A stretch of 64,000 nucleotides of DNA from Abditibacteriaceae bacterium (GCA_965277285.1 OZ255721.1:928001-992000); one strand, 5' to 3'; shown: positions 8,717 to 19,406, counted from the stretch's first letter. The notes: generated by a model from the sequence alone, not told the origin. Program-made: numbers and translations.

Positions 8717-10420
8717 ATGAACGCTGAAGAACCTCAAAACGCCGCCGCATTTCTCACGTTTTGCCAGGTCGCGGAACAAGTGGGCGCAACTGCCAAGCGC
8801 CTGGAGAAAGCAGCGTTTCTGGGCGACTATTTCGCGTCATTAAACGACGACGATCTGGTTTTGGCGGCGCGTTTTTTCGCAGGCAGCGTTTTTCCTTTGA
8901 AAGATCAACGCACTTTGAATATCGGCGGCGCGGCGTTGACCAAAGCACTGCTCGAAGTCTCGCAAGTCGATGAAAACGTGTTGCGCACGCGCCTGGTTCA
9001 ACTGGGCGACTTGGGCGATTTGGCGGGCGAAGTTCTGACAGATTCGAGTACTCAATTGCTGTGGTTGCGCGATATTGCGGCGAGTTTCACCGATCTGGCC
9101 GAAACCTCCGGCACCAAAAAGAAAACCGAATTCGTCATCACTTTGTTGCGAAAGTTATCGGCGCTCGAAGCGAAATACGCCATCAAATTGATGAGCGGCG
9201 ATTTGCGCATCGGCTTGAAAGAAGGCGCAGTCGAAGACGCGATTACGCGCGCCGCCAACGTCCTTGTCGCGCAAGTTCAATGGACAAATATGTTGACCGG
9301 CGACATCGGGCAAACCGCACTTTTGGCGCGCCATCATCAACTTGAAACCGCGAAATTGCAACTTTTCGCGCCGATTAAATTCATGCTCGCTTCGCCTGCA
9401 GCGGATCTGGAAGAAGTCGCGCGACAAATGCCCGACAATTTTGTGGTGGAAGACAAATACGACGGCATTCGCGCGCAGGCGCACATCGCGCCAAACTCAA
9501 TCGAGTACTCGAAAGCGCATGGAACAGTCGTTAAAGATGAATGCGTCGCGCTTTTTTCGCGCACTTTGGATGAAATCACGCGCTCGTTTCCCGACTTGCT
9601 GCAACCTTTGGCGAACCTTCTGCACAACAACGACGGCCTGATTTTAGACGGCGAAATCGTGCCGATTCGGGGCGACAAAATCCTGCCGTTTCAAGAATTG
9701 CAAAAACGCTTGGGACGCAAAACTTTGAGCGACGAAGTTCTATCGCAAATTCCCGTCGCCTTTGTGATTTACGACATTTTGTATGGCGCCAATCGCGTCC
9801 TAATGAACGAGTCTTTCTCAATTCGTCGCGCCGCTTTAGAAACGCTGCCAACGGACAAAATGAGAACACGTCGCGCGCCATCGCAAAATTTTTCGGACGC
9901 CAAATTATTGGATGAGGAATTTGTGGCGGCGCGCGCGCGCGGCAACGAAGGCTTGATGGTGAAAGACCCGCGCGCTTCTTACAAACCCGGGCGGCGCGGG
10001 CGCGAATGGCTCAAAATCAAAAAGGCTTTGGCGACCTTAGATGTCGTGGTGACGAGCGTCGAAGTCGGTAACGGGCGCCGCAGCAAGTTCCTTTCAGATT
10101 TCACTTTCGCCGTGCGTGCCTCAGAAACCGACGCGACTTTGCTCAACGTCGGCAAAGCGTATTCCGGCCTGACGGACGCTGAAATCGGCGAACTGTCCGA
10201 ATGGTTCAAGGCGCACACGACTGCGGAATTCGCGCACGGCAAAGTTCGCGTCGTCGAACCGAAGATCGTTTTGGAAATTACCTTCGACCGCGTGCAGCCT
10301 TCGCCGCGCCACAAAAGCGGTTTCGCTCTGCGCTTCCCACGCATTCTGCGACTGCGCCCCGACAAACCCGTCGCAGAAATCGACACGCTGGAAACTGTCA
10401 GAAAATTAGCGAAAAGTTAA
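8717..10420 (+). CDS. ATP-dependent DNA ligase
   Basis: EDKYDGIR, DGE, EGLMVK, WLKIK, LRFPR motifs. Confidence 0.93.
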   Translation: MNAEEPQNAAAFLTFCQVAEQVGATAKRLEKAAFLGDYFASLNDDDLVLAARFFAGSVFPLKDQRTLNIGGAALTKALLEVSQVDENVLRTRLVQLGDLGDLAGEVLTDSSTQLLWLRDIAASFTDLAETSGTKKKTEFVITLLRKLSALEAKYAIKLMSGDLRIGLKEGAVEDAITRAANVLVAQVQWTNMLTGDIGQTALLARHHQLETAKLQLFAPIKFMLASPAADLEEVARQMPDNFVVEDKYDGIRAQAHIAPNSIEYSKAHGTVVKDECVALFSRTLDEITRSFPDLLQPLANLLHNNDGLILDGEIVPIRGDKILPFQELQKRLGRKTLSDEVLSQIPVAFVIYDILYGANRVLMNESFSIRRAALETLPTDKMRTRRAPSQNFSDAKLLDEEFVAARARGNEGLMVKDPRASYKPGRRGREWLKIKKALATLDVVVTSVEVGNGRRSKFLSDFTFAVRASETDATLLNVGKAYSGLTDAEIGELSEWFKAHTTAEFAHGKVRVVEPKIVLEITFDRVQPSPRHKSGFALRFPRILRLRPDKPVAEIDTLETVRKLAKS

Positions 10421-10445
10421 GCGCATCGAGTACTCGAACCACGAT

Positions 10446-11201
10446 TTACAAGTGCCCGAAATACAGGTTCGTATCGTAATCGAAAGAAACAATGCCATTT
10501 GTTTGATGCGCCTCGAAAATACGCTGCAATTCTTCGAGCATGGGCAAAGAGCGCGCATCGTTTTCATCGGGCGCGTAAGAACTTGAGAGCAAGCGGCCGC
10601 GCAGTCCCGCGAAATCAAAGGTTTGCGCGTTCTCGAAACGACGGCTTTCAAAACCGTTTTCGCCAAAGAATTGCGATAGAACCTTGTCATCAATGCGCGT
10701 ATGATCGACTTCCGCGTAATCCGTCCCAAAGGTTTGCAGCAATTGTTCGTAGTCGCGCAAAAATGGCGTGCTGTCCATGCGACGTGCGTTCCAGACCAGC
10801 ACAATCCAGCCATCGGCTTTGCGAATGCGCCCAAATTCGGTTCGACACAGTGCGTGATCGAACCAGTGAAACGCTTGTCCCGCTGTCACGAAATCGGCGC
10901 TCGCATTCGGCAAAGTTGTGTTTTCCGCGGTGCCGTTGATGCTGCGAAAGTTCGAGTACTCGAAGAGCAGTTTTTCGCCGGCTTGTCGCATGGCCAGGTT
11001 GGGTTCCACGCCGAAAACCACGTTGCCGTTGCGCAACAACACTTCGCTCAAAAGTCCAGTTCCCGAACCAATATCGGCGATAACGTGGTCGGGCGCGAGC
11101 GCGCATTCGCTTTGCAAGGTTTGCAAAACCTGCGGCGGATAAGACGGACGATATTTGATGTAATTTTCGACGCGATTTGAAAAACGATGGAGAGAAGACA
11201 T
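10446..11201 (-). CDS. Class I SAM-dependent methyltransferase
   Basis: YRPSYP, ADIGSGTG, AGQAFHWF. Confidence 0.88.
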   Translation of the reverse strand: MSSLHRFSNRVENYIKYRPSYPPQVLQTLQSECALAPDHVIADIGSGTGLLSEVLLRNGNVVFGVEPNLAMRQAGEKLLFEYSNFRSINGTAENTTLPNASADFVTAGQAFHWFDHALCRTEFGRIRKADGWIVLVWNARRMDSTPFLRDYEQLLQTFGTDYAEVDHTRIDDKVLSQFFGENGFESRRFENAQTFDFAGLRGRLLSSSYAPDENDARSLPMLEELQRIFEAHQTNGIVSFDYDTNLYFGHL

Positions 11202-11247
11202 AACTTGTAGCGTAGCAAAACGCAAAATAATTTCAATCCGCTGCAGC

Positions 11248-12330
11248 TTACTCGTTCGAGTACTCGATGCGCAATTTGTTCAGCTTCGCCAGCATCAAGG
11301 ATGGATCAATCAATTGCTGCATCGCTTGACGCGCGGCATCCACATCAGCGCGCGACAGTTCTCCCATTTCAGACAACAACCGGCAACGCTCGAAGTGACA
11401 GCGTGCAAGAGCCGAATTGCATCCTTGGTTTTTCCAGTTCGCCAACTGGCGGTCGCGCGAATCCAAAACGTCGCGCCATTCTCCGCGCGCTTCACGTAAC
11501 GCAGCATAGGCTGCGGAGTAATCTGCCATACGCGCCATTTGATCGGCTGCCAGACGGCTCAAGCGTTTTGATTCGTCGAGCTTTCCTTCGTGGTGCAAAG
11601 ATAGTGCTTGCCACATTTGCAGTCCCAGCGTGAGCATACGCTGGTTTTTACGCCGTGCGTAAACTTCGCCATTTTGTGCGTGTTCCTTCAACTGTCCCCA
11701 GTCCTTCAAGTGGTAAGTCGTGAAACACAAATAGGCGTAAGCGGACGCCATATGAAAGTCCAGATCGAGCGTGGCTTGCGACACTAAATCGAAATACAGT
11801 TGAGCGGCCTCATGCGCTTTTTCCCAGTGTTCCAGTTCGAGTTCAAACGTGATACGCAGTTCTTGTATCTCGAATAGATGATCATCATACAAATCCGTTT
11901 GTGATGATACAAAGGTGAGCGCATCTTCAACTGCTGCTCTATAACCCATTGCGTCCACTTCGATGTGAACATTGATGAGGTCAATGTGAATCAGCAATTG
12001 TTGAGGACAACCGTTGTAAATCGGCTTGCGCGCTTCAACTACGGCGCGCACGGCGGCATTCAGAGCGACACGGTAGTCGCGCGCATTGTGCAATAACACC
12101 AACACGCGGCGGTGCATAAAGAAAACAACCCACCACGCTTCGCCCAAGGTTTGCGCCAAGGTGCGGCCTTCTTCGATGAGCGACAAAGCACGTCCTGGTT
12201 CAGTTTCCTCTACATCCCACGCTTCGCAGTGCAGCGTCCATAAACGCTGACGTTCCACGTCGCCTGCGGCTCGCGCGCGACGGGTAAAGTCGTGAACCCA
12301 ATCGTAAATCGTTCTGCCAGTCAATGCCAT
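11248..12330 (-). CDS. Alpha-helical (TPR-like) repeat protein, paralog 3
   Basis: Starts MALTGRTIYDWV; closely similar to the adjacent 12373-13473 ORF. Confidence 0.75.
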   Translation of the reverse strand: MALTGRTIYDWVHDFTRRARAAGDVERQRLWTLHCEAWDVEETEPGRALSLIEEGRTLAQTLGEAWWVVFFMHRRVLVLLHNARDYRVALNAAVRAVVEARKPIYNGCPQQLLIHIDLINVHIEVDAMGYRAAVEDALTFVSSQTDLYDDHLFEIQELRITFELELEHWEKAHEAAQLYFDLVSQATLDLDFHMASAYAYLCFTTYHLKDWGQLKEHAQNGEVYARRKNQRMLTLGLQMWQALSLHHEGKLDESKRLSRLAADQMARMADYSAAYAALREARGEWRDVLDSRDRQLANWKNQGCNSALARCHFERCRLLSEMGELSRADVDAARQAMQQLIDPSLMLAKLNKLRIEYSNE

Positions 12331-12372
12331 AAGAATTGTGTTTGTAGGGGCTTGGCACGCCAAGCCCTTAAT

Positions 12373-13473
12373 TTATTCACCAATCGAGTACTCGATACGC
12401 AATTGTTCCAGCTTCGTCAACATAATTGAAGGATCAATCAATTGCTGCATTGACTGACGCGCGATTTCTATATCGTTTCGTGTCAACTTTCCCATTTCCG
12501 ATAACAAACGACAGCGTTCATATTGACAGCGCGCGGTGGCGGAATGGCGCCCGCTGTTGGCTAAGACAGACAGTTCGTGGTCGCGCACTTTGAGGGCTTC
12601 GCGCCATTGGCCGCGCGCTTCACGAATCGCCGCATAGACTTCAAAATAATCGTCGGATGGAACCGAAGCCAGACGCGTCATTTGTGCCGCAGCCAAACGA
12701 CTTAAACGTTTCGATTCGTCGCTTTTCCCTTCGTGCTGCAACGACAAAGCCTGACACATTTGCAAGGTTGAAGTCAGCGCGCGGCGATCTTCACGACGCG
12801 CGTAAACTTCGCCGTTTTGCGCGTGTTCCTTCAATTGCGCCCAATCGTTGAGACGATAAACGGCGCTGCACAAATTGGCGTAGGCGCTGCCCACATAATA
12901 GTTCAAATCGAGCGTGGCCTGCGACGCCAAATCGAAATACAAGCGCGCTTCGTCATGCGCTTTCTGCCAGTTTTCTAATTCGAGTTCCAACGCCATACGT
13001 AGGCTTTGCATCACGAAAATGTGATCGTCGCACAAATTCTTTTGCGATGACAAAAACGTCAACGCTTCTTCAATTTTCGCTCGATAACCGACCGCATCGA
13101 CTTCGATATAAGCGCTGATGAGGTCGATGTGAATCAAAAGTTGATGTGGACAGCCGTCGTAAATCGGCTTGCGCGCTTCGATGACCGCGCGCACGGCAGC
13201 ATCCAAAGCAGCGTGATAATCGCGCGTATAATAAAGCATGAGCGACACGCGGCGATGCACGAAGAAAATGACCCACCACGCTTCGCCCAGGGTGTGCGCG
13301 AGCGTGCGGCCTTCTTCGATGAGCGACAAGGCGCGGTCGGGTTCAGTTTCCCTCAGCGCCCACGAATCGCGGTGCAACGTCCACAAACGCTGGAGATCAA
13401 GGTCGCCCGCAGCTTGTGCGCGACGCAAAAAATCGAAAACCCAATCGTAAATTGTTCTGCCAGTGAGTGCCAT
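12373..13473 (-). CDS. Alpha-helical (TPR-like) repeat protein, paralog 2
   Basis: Shares EAWW, AxxEARKPxYxGC and LRIEYS blocks with its neighbours. Confidence 0.75.
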   Translation of the reverse strand: MALTGRTIYDWVFDFLRRAQAAGDLDLQRLWTLHRDSWALRETEPDRALSLIEEGRTLAHTLGEAWWVIFFVHRRVSLMLYYTRDYHAALDAAVRAVIEARKPIYDGCPHQLLIHIDLISAYIEVDAVGYRAKIEEALTFLSSQKNLCDDHIFVMQSLRMALELELENWQKAHDEARLYFDLASQATLDLNYYVGSAYANLCSAVYRLNDWAQLKEHAQNGEVYARREDRRALTSTLQMCQALSLQHEGKSDESKRLSRLAAAQMTRLASVPSDDYFEVYAAIREARGQWREALKVRDHELSVLANSGRHSATARCQYERCRLLSEMGKLTRNDIEIARQSMQQLIDPSIMLTKLEQLRIEYSIGE

Positions 13474-13521
13474 AAAATGTGTTTGTGTCTTGAACGGGCT
13501 TGGCGCGCCAAACCCCTACGT

Positions 13522-14625
13522 TCATTCGCCATTCGAGTACTCGATGCGCAATTGTTCCAGCTTTTGCAGCGCCTTTTCAGGAAGAATCAAACGCTGCGCA
13601 ATGTCGCGCGCCGTTTGCAAATCGCTTGCAGTCAAACGTCCCAATTCTCCTAATAATTGACACCGATGTTGATGTCCACGCGCTTCCAAAGCGTTTTGAC
13701 CTTTGTCTCGCAAACGTTCGAGTTGACTTTCGCGGGTTTTTAACGACAGTTCCAAATCGCCTTTGGCTTCGTGAAACGCGCACGCGGCGTCGAAATATCC
13801 GGGCCACGGCGTCGCGCCCAGCGAAGAGGCGATTTGCAGCGCGCTTCGATAATGGCGCGTGGCGTCGTTTTCCATTTTCAAGTGGCGTTCGGACAAGGCG
13901 CGCCACATCAAGAGTTCGACCAGATGAAGCGCGTTGTCGCGGCGGCGCGCGCATTCTTCGCCGCTTTTCGAGTACTCGAATATGTCATTCCAGCGTTGTC
14001 GTTGGTTCGCCACACGGCACAAGCGATAGAACGCATTGGACGAGTAATGATAGCGGCTCAAGGGTTCGGACGATCTCTGCGCTTCGGCTAAATAAGCGAG
14101 TGCCGCTTCGTGCGCCTGCTGCCAATCATTTGTGCCGCAACCGAGTTCTTTTTCAAACAGAAAATCGCTGCGCGCCTCGTGCATCATAAAAACGCAACTG
14201 CCGAAGTTCGCGGCTTCGGTGTCCAAGAATTGCAACGCTTCGCGCACGCGCTCTTGGTAGCCGCAGGCATCGACGCCAGCATACGTCGCCACCAGATCAA
14301 TGTAAATATGGACGCGATGCTTGCAGCCCGCGTAAACCGGCTTGCGCGCTTCAATACTCGTACGCACCGCCAGATCGAGAGCGGCTTTGTAATCGCCCAG
14401 ACCCCAGCGCAAGGCTTGCAGCTTCCAATAGTCGCACATCAAAACCCACCACATTTCATTGTGCTGCAAGGCCAGAGCACGCGCTTGATCGAGCAGTTGC
14501 AGCCTGCGTTGCGGATCGCGGTAAGTCTCGTGCTGTGACGCAAAGAAAAGCTGCGCGATGCGCAAACGCTGTGAATCGCCGCTTTGAATCGCGCGCATAA
14601 TCCATTCTTCTGTCCAATCGCTCAT
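13522..14625 (-). CDS. Alpha-helical (TPR-like) repeat protein, paralog 1
   Basis: ATG 14625 overlaps the HSP90-like stop (ATGA); same conserved blocks. Confidence 0.75.
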   Translation of the reverse strand: MSDWTEEWIMRAIQSGDSQRLRIAQLFFASQHETYRDPQRRLQLLDQARALALQHNEMWWVLMCDYWKLQALRWGLGDYKAALDLAVRTSIEARKPVYAGCKHRVHIYIDLVATYAGVDACGYQERVREALQFLDTEAANFGSCVFMMHEARSDFLFEKELGCGTNDWQQAHEAALAYLAEAQRSSEPLSRYHYSSNAFYRLCRVANQRQRWNDIFEYSKSGEECARRRDNALHLVELLMWRALSERHLKMENDATRHYRSALQIASSLGATPWPGYFDAACAFHEAKGDLELSLKTRESQLERLRDKGQNALEARGHQHRCQLLGELGRLTASDLQTARDIAQRLILPEKALQKLEQLRIEYSNGE

Positions 14626-16457
14626 GGCGGCAATCCATCCAAAGATTTGGTGATGTCGCCAAATGCGCTCGCCGCATCGTTGGCCGTCATCGTGCGACCC
14701 GAAAAAAGTCGCGCGATCTGTAAAATTAACGTGCAAATCGCGGCTTTTCCAGTACTCGATGGTTGCGATGCCAAGCGTCGCACCAGAGGGCACGACGCGT
14801 TGAGGAAAAGCGTGCCATCAATTTGTTTATCCGCCGCGAGGTTTTCGACGTAATCGCCCATCAAGCGCGCCAAAGGATCGGGGATTTCGCCTTCGCCCAT
14901 CGCTTTGCGCGATTCCAAAATGAACTCGGCGTCTTCGGGATAAAACATCAGCGCGGGCGTCTCGTGAGGCCGAAAACTGGCGACCTGCGCGCGCACGCCC
15001 TGACGATCATACCAGTTGATTAGCGAAATAAACGCGTCGTCTTCAATCGGGCGCAAAAGTTCGCTGCCTTCGCCATCCAACCTCACCAGATTGGTTCCGC
15101 TGTGACGAGCCGCATATTTATGCAAAAACGGCGCGACGGCAAACCACGACGCATCAATGACCGGCACGCCGTGACCTTCGGCCAGCATTTGCTCTTGCAG
15201 TGAACCCAGTTCGCGCGTCACGTAATACAACGTGCCGCCACTTTGTTCGGCGTATTCCGGCAACGTCAAATGCCCGCGCGACGTGCGAAAACTCACGATG
15301 TCGGCGACGGCTTCAAAGAAACTGTTGTCCTGCACTGCCCAACCGGTAATGACATCGCTATGACCGCGCACGATCTGCTTCCACACCTCAGGTTCTTCGT
15401 GCGCGACTTGTCGCAAACCGTCGGCGAGTTGTTCTTCCAGCGCGGTTTGAACCCATCCGAAAGTCTCGTCCTGATGAATGTCTTCGCGCGAGGCCGTCGG
15501 TTGCAAAAGCGGACAGTCAATCACGCCGCGCACGAAACGCGCCCACGGCGGCAACAAATTCCGCTCATCGCCGCGAATGAACATATTGCGAATAAAAACG
15601 CGCAAATCGCCATATTCGCGCAACGACGCGACCGAGCCTGGCGGCACAAACAGAAAACCGTTGAGCGGCAACGTCACATAATCGCGCCCCACGTCGATTT
15701 TCGCGTCGTGCAAAGGAATCACACACAACGGCGCGTCCGTCTTGAAAGCGCGCTCGATATAATTGCGCGTCGCGCTTTCCGCATCATCGGCGAGCCACGG
15801 CGCTTTCATCAAGTTGGCGGGCGTCGGATCGCCGTTCAGGTGAATCGCAATCGGCAGAAAATCGGCGTATTGGCGAATGATGTCGAGCAGCATATTTTCG
15901 CGCAACACGAACGACGCGCTGCCCTTAACTTCCAATTCAATGGTCGTGCCAGCTTCTTTGCGACGACTGGGACGCATTTCGTAATCTTCATTTCCCGTCG
16001 AGCGCCACTCAAACGCGTCGTCTTCGCTTTGTGTTTTGAATGAACGCGTGACGACGCGCACATGAGAGGCGAGCAAAAACGCGCTAAGAAATCCAAAGCC
16101 GAACTGACCGATCAAATCCGCGGCTTTGTCAGGCGACAGCAAACTCAGATTGTCGCGCAGTTCGCGCGTGTAAGAGCGCCCAATCGTCGCCAGATAATCT
16201 TCGATTTCGCTTTCGGTCAGGCCATAACCGTTGTCGCTGAAGGAAATGGTGCGGTTGGGCGCGTCAATCGAAATGTCGATGCGCGGCTGATAATTGGTTT
16301 CGTCCGCCTCGGTTCGGCGACGCGTGCAGCCATCGTGCGCGTTTTGAATCAGTTCGCGCACGGCGACTTGCTTGTTGGAATAAAGATGTTCGGCCAGAAC
16401 TTTCAAAAGTCCTGGCAAATGCAACTTGAACGGCTGCTTTTTGGTTTCTTCGCTCAC
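14622..16457 (-). CDS. HSP90/HtpG-like GHKL ATPase
   Basis: RELIQNAHD, DNGYG, IGQFGFGFLS; GTG start after AAGGAG. Confidence 0.88.
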   Translation of the reverse strand: MSEETKKQPFKLHLPGLLKVLAEHLYSNKQVAVRELIQNAHDGCTRRRTEADETNYQPRIDISIDAPNRTISFSDNGYGLTESEIEDYLATIGRSYTRELRDNLSLLSPDKAADLIGQFGFGFLSAFLLASHVRVVTRSFKTQSEDDAFEWRSTGNEDYEMRPSRRKEAGTTIELEVKGSASFVLRENMLLDIIRQYADFLPIAIHLNGDPTPANLMKAPWLADDAESATRNYIERAFKTDAPLCVIPLHDAKIDVGRDYVTLPLNGFLFVPPGSVASLREYGDLRVFIRNMFIRGDERNLLPPWARFVRGVIDCPLLQPTASREDIHQDETFGWVQTALEEQLADGLRQVAHEEPEVWKQIVRGHSDVITGWAVQDNSFFEAVADIVSFRTSRGHLTLPEYAEQSGGTLYYVTRELGSLQEQMLAEGHGVPVIDASWFAVAPFLHKYAARHSGTNLVRLDGEGSELLRPIEDDAFISLINWYDRQGVRAQVASFRPHETPALMFYPEDAEFILESRKAMGEGEIPDPLARLMGDYVENLAADKQIDGTLFLNASCPLVRRLASQPSSTGKAAICTLILQIARLFSGRTMTANDAASAFGDITKSLDGLPP

Positions 16458-16658
16458 GCTCGGCTCCTTTAGGACATTCGAGTACTCGATTTGGCTGCGC
16501 ACAGTTTGACAAAACTGAACCGCCAGGACGTCAATTTGTAGGGGCGAGGCGCTGCCTCGCCCGCATCGGTTGCACCTTCACATTAGATTGAGCCAAAAGT
16601 TCGGGCGAGGCAGCGCCTCGCCCCTACAAGTCATGGGAAACTGCGGTTAACTTCAGTT

Positions 16659-17744
16659 ATGGCTTTTTCCTCCGACGAAACCCTGCCCGACCCGACACCC
16701 AACATCGACCTGGCGCGAAACGCATTCAACGCGTTTCTCGATGCGACACCCAAAGACGCGCGCGTCGTTTGCCTGCATGACAACGACGCCGATGGCATTG
16801 CGGCTGGCGTTGTGTGGCAGCGCGCGATAGAGCGCCTCGAGTACTCGAACTGTGTGCGCGTCGTGCCCGACCGCGAGCGCAACGCCTGGACAAGCGAAAA
16901 CCAACGGCGTGTGCGCGAACAAAATCCCGACGCGCTGTTTGTGCTCGATCTGGGAAATCAGCCCGCCGATGTCGTCGAAAATGTTCGCACCTGCTTCGTC
17001 GATCATCATCGTCCGGGACAAACGCGAGCCGATCAAACCTTGATTTCCGCTTATTCGTGGAATCCGGTTCCCAACACGTCGCTCATCGTTTACGATTTGT
17101 TTTCCAATTTGGTTGACATCACAGATTTGGATTGGATTGCCGCTGTCGGAACGTTTTCCGATTTGGGCGAACGCGCGCCGTTTGAACTTGTCGAAACGAC
17201 CAAGAAGAAATATACGGCGAAATGGCTCAAAGAAGCCACAGCTTTGGTCAATGCGACGCGGCGCGCTTCGCAATCAAATCCCGAAGCCGGAGCGCGCGCT
17301 TTGCTCAAGTTCAGTTCGCCCAAAGAATTGTGCTTGTCGGACGACGAAGACGTTTTGCAAATGAAAGCGGCGCGCGAGGAAGTGAAAGTGGCATTGAACG
17401 AAGCCAAAAAAGGGGCGCCGATTTTCGCCGGACAAGTCGCTCTGATTCGCGTGCATTCGCGCTGCCAGATTCATCCTTTAATCGCGCAAATCTGGCGCGG
17501 ACGCTTGCCCAAATACATCGTCATCGCGGCCAACGAAGGTTATATGGAAGGTCGCGTCAATTTTTCGGCTCGTTCGGGCAACGACACCAACGTTTTGCAA
17601 TTTTTGCGCGGAGTGGAAATCAGCGACGGCGAAGGCAACTTCGGTCACGGTCACGATGGCGCAAGTGGCGGAAGTTTGCCACCCGCGCGCTGGAACGAAT
17701 TGCTCGCTAAACTCGGCTTTGCACCGGATATTTTTGCGCGTTAA
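16659..17744 (+). CDS. DHH family phosphoesterase
   Basis: HDNDADG, LDLG, DHH, C-terminal GHGH..ASGG. Confidence 0.85.
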   Translation: MAFSSDETLPDPTPNIDLARNAFNAFLDATPKDARVVCLHDNDADGIAAGVVWQRAIERLEYSNCVRVVPDRERNAWTSENQRRVREQNPDALFVLDLGNQPADVVENVRTCFVDHHRPGQTRADQTLISAYSWNPVPNTSLIVYDLFSNLVDITDLDWIAAVGTFSDLGERAPFELVETTKKKYTAKWLKEATALVNATRRASQSNPEAGARALLKFSSPKELCLSDDEDVLQMKAAREEVKVALNEAKKGAPIFAGQVALIRVHSRCQIHPLIAQIWRGRLPKYIVIAANEGYMEGRVNFSARSGNDTNVLQFLRGVEISDGEGNFGHGHDGASGGSLPPARWNELLAKLGFAPDIFAR

Positions 17745-17764
17745 ATCGGGAATCGAGTACTCGA

Positions 17765-18246
17765 ATGGCGATTATTTTTACATTTCACTTTTGCTGTCGC
17801 CACCGTTTTACCTGATCTGGCTTGCGCGACACGAAGACGCAAAGTCTCCGTCGGCGTGGAAAGTCTTTTTTTGCATCGTTGCATCGATTCCTCTCGCTTT
17901 TTTCTTATGGGCGACAACGATAAGCTTCAGCTACGAAGGAACCAATTCGCTGGTATGGCTTTTTCACGTTGTCAACACTGCGATTGTGCTTTCTTGCTTC
18001 CTTGGCAAGAAGCTGTGGCAGATGCTGTTTGTCCTGACGATTTTCACTTGGGGTTTATATGGCTTTCATATGTTCTTGGCTGGATCTCCTTCTTACACCG
18101 ACAGCCCCGAAGGACGCGTTCGTAGTACGAACTGGAGAAATGCTTCTCTGAAGAGTCAAGGCAAACCGCTTCTGCCCGCAGTGAGTTTTTCTCCGACGTG
18201 GCACACGTTTTTGACGCATCTTTACGCGGTGCATCCAAAATCCTGA
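17765..18246 (+). CDS. Hypothetical membrane protein (start uncertain)
   Basis: Hydrophobic ORF in frame 17656..18246; no clear start codon. Confidence 0.4.
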
Positions 18247-18369
18247 TTCGAGTACTCGATGAAGCATTTTCCATGAGAAAGTTCTTAAAGTTTGCATGGC
18301 GCACTGTCGTAAAAAGCGGCTTATGGTAGTGTATAGACGACGAAACTTCTTGTTTTCACAAGGACAACC

Positions 18370-18987
18370 ATGACCATTTCCCTTTCAACACGTTCTTCTT
18401 CGGCTCGCCTGCGCGCCACTTTATTGTGCGCCACGCTCACGACGGGCGTTTTTTCCGTTGCTTCGGCGCCCGCGCGCGCCGATTCGTCCGCGACCAAAGC
18501 CGCCAAGTTCGCGTCCGGCCCCGGCGTCATACTTTATCTCGCCAGCAGCGTGGCGTTGCCTTTGATCGATGGCGATGAGCATGCGACGCAGCATTCGTTG
18601 CGCACGGCGGACGCGATTTTGACCAGTTCCATCATTACCGAAGGATTGAAGCGCGTTTTCCGCGAAAAGCGTCCCGACAACAACGAGCGCAACAGTTTCC
18701 CCAGCGGACACGCGACCGCCGCTTTCGCCGCCGCGACGATGGCCAGCTATTATCATCCTCGGCAGAGCGCCTTGTGGTATACCGGCGCGACTTTGATCGC
18801 GCTTTCGCGCCTGCAACTGCATCGTCATTACGTGCAAGATGTCGTGGCGGGCGGCCTGATCGGTTACGGCGTGGCGCGCTTTGAAATCAAACAACCGCAC
18901 GGTTTGCTGTTGTCGCCTTTCATCAAAGCGGACGAAGGTAGCGACAATCGTCATCGCATGGGTTTCGCGCTCAGCGGCAATTTCTAA
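18370..18987 (+). CDS. PAP2 family phosphatase
   Basis: K..RP, SFPSGH, SR...H...D; signal-peptide-like N-terminus. Confidence 0.85.
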   Translation: MTISLSTRSSSARLRATLLCATLTTGVFSVASAPARADSSATKAAKFASGPGVILYLASSVALPLIDGDEHATQHSLRTADAILTSSIITEGLKRVFREKRPDNNERNSFPSGHATAAFAAATMASYYHPRQSALWYTGATLIALSRLQLHRHYVQDVVAGGLIGYGVARFEIKQPHGLLLSPFIKADEGSDNRHRMGFALSGNF

Positions 18988-19001
18988 TTCGAGTACTCGA
19001 T

Positions 19002-19406
19002 ATGAAACCCCACATCAGTTTGGTGACGCTGGGCGTGCGCGACCTGGAAAAAGCGACCGCGTTCTACCGCGCTTTAGGCTGGCAAACGCACGGCGATTTC
19101 GGTGGCGTGAGTTTTTTCGAGTTGAAAGGCGCGTGGCTGTCACTTTATCCGCGCGACGATTTGGCGCGCGTTGCGGAAGTTTCCAGCGAAGGCGACGGTT
19201 TTCGCGCTTTCACCCTCGCGCATAACGTCGCGTCCAAAGAAGAAGTTGATGTCGTTTTGCAACTCGCGCAAAGCGTCGGAGCGACAATCCAGAAGACGGC
19301 GCGCGATGCAGAATGGGGCGGCTATTCTGGCTATTTCGCTGATTTGGACGGCTTTTTGTGGGAAGTCGCATGGAATCCTTATCTCGATTTGACCAAGCCA
19401 GAATGA
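19002..19406 (+). CDS. VOC/glyoxalase family protein
   Basis: ISLVTLGVRDL, WGGYSGYFADLDG.LWEVAWNP. Confidence 0.9.
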   Translation: MKPHISLVTLGVRDLEKATAFYRALGWQTHGDFGGVSFFELKGAWLSLYPRDDLARVAEVSSEGDGFRAFTLAHNVASKEEVDVVLQLAQSVGATIQKTARDAEWGGYSGYFADLDGFLWEVAWNPYLDLTKPE

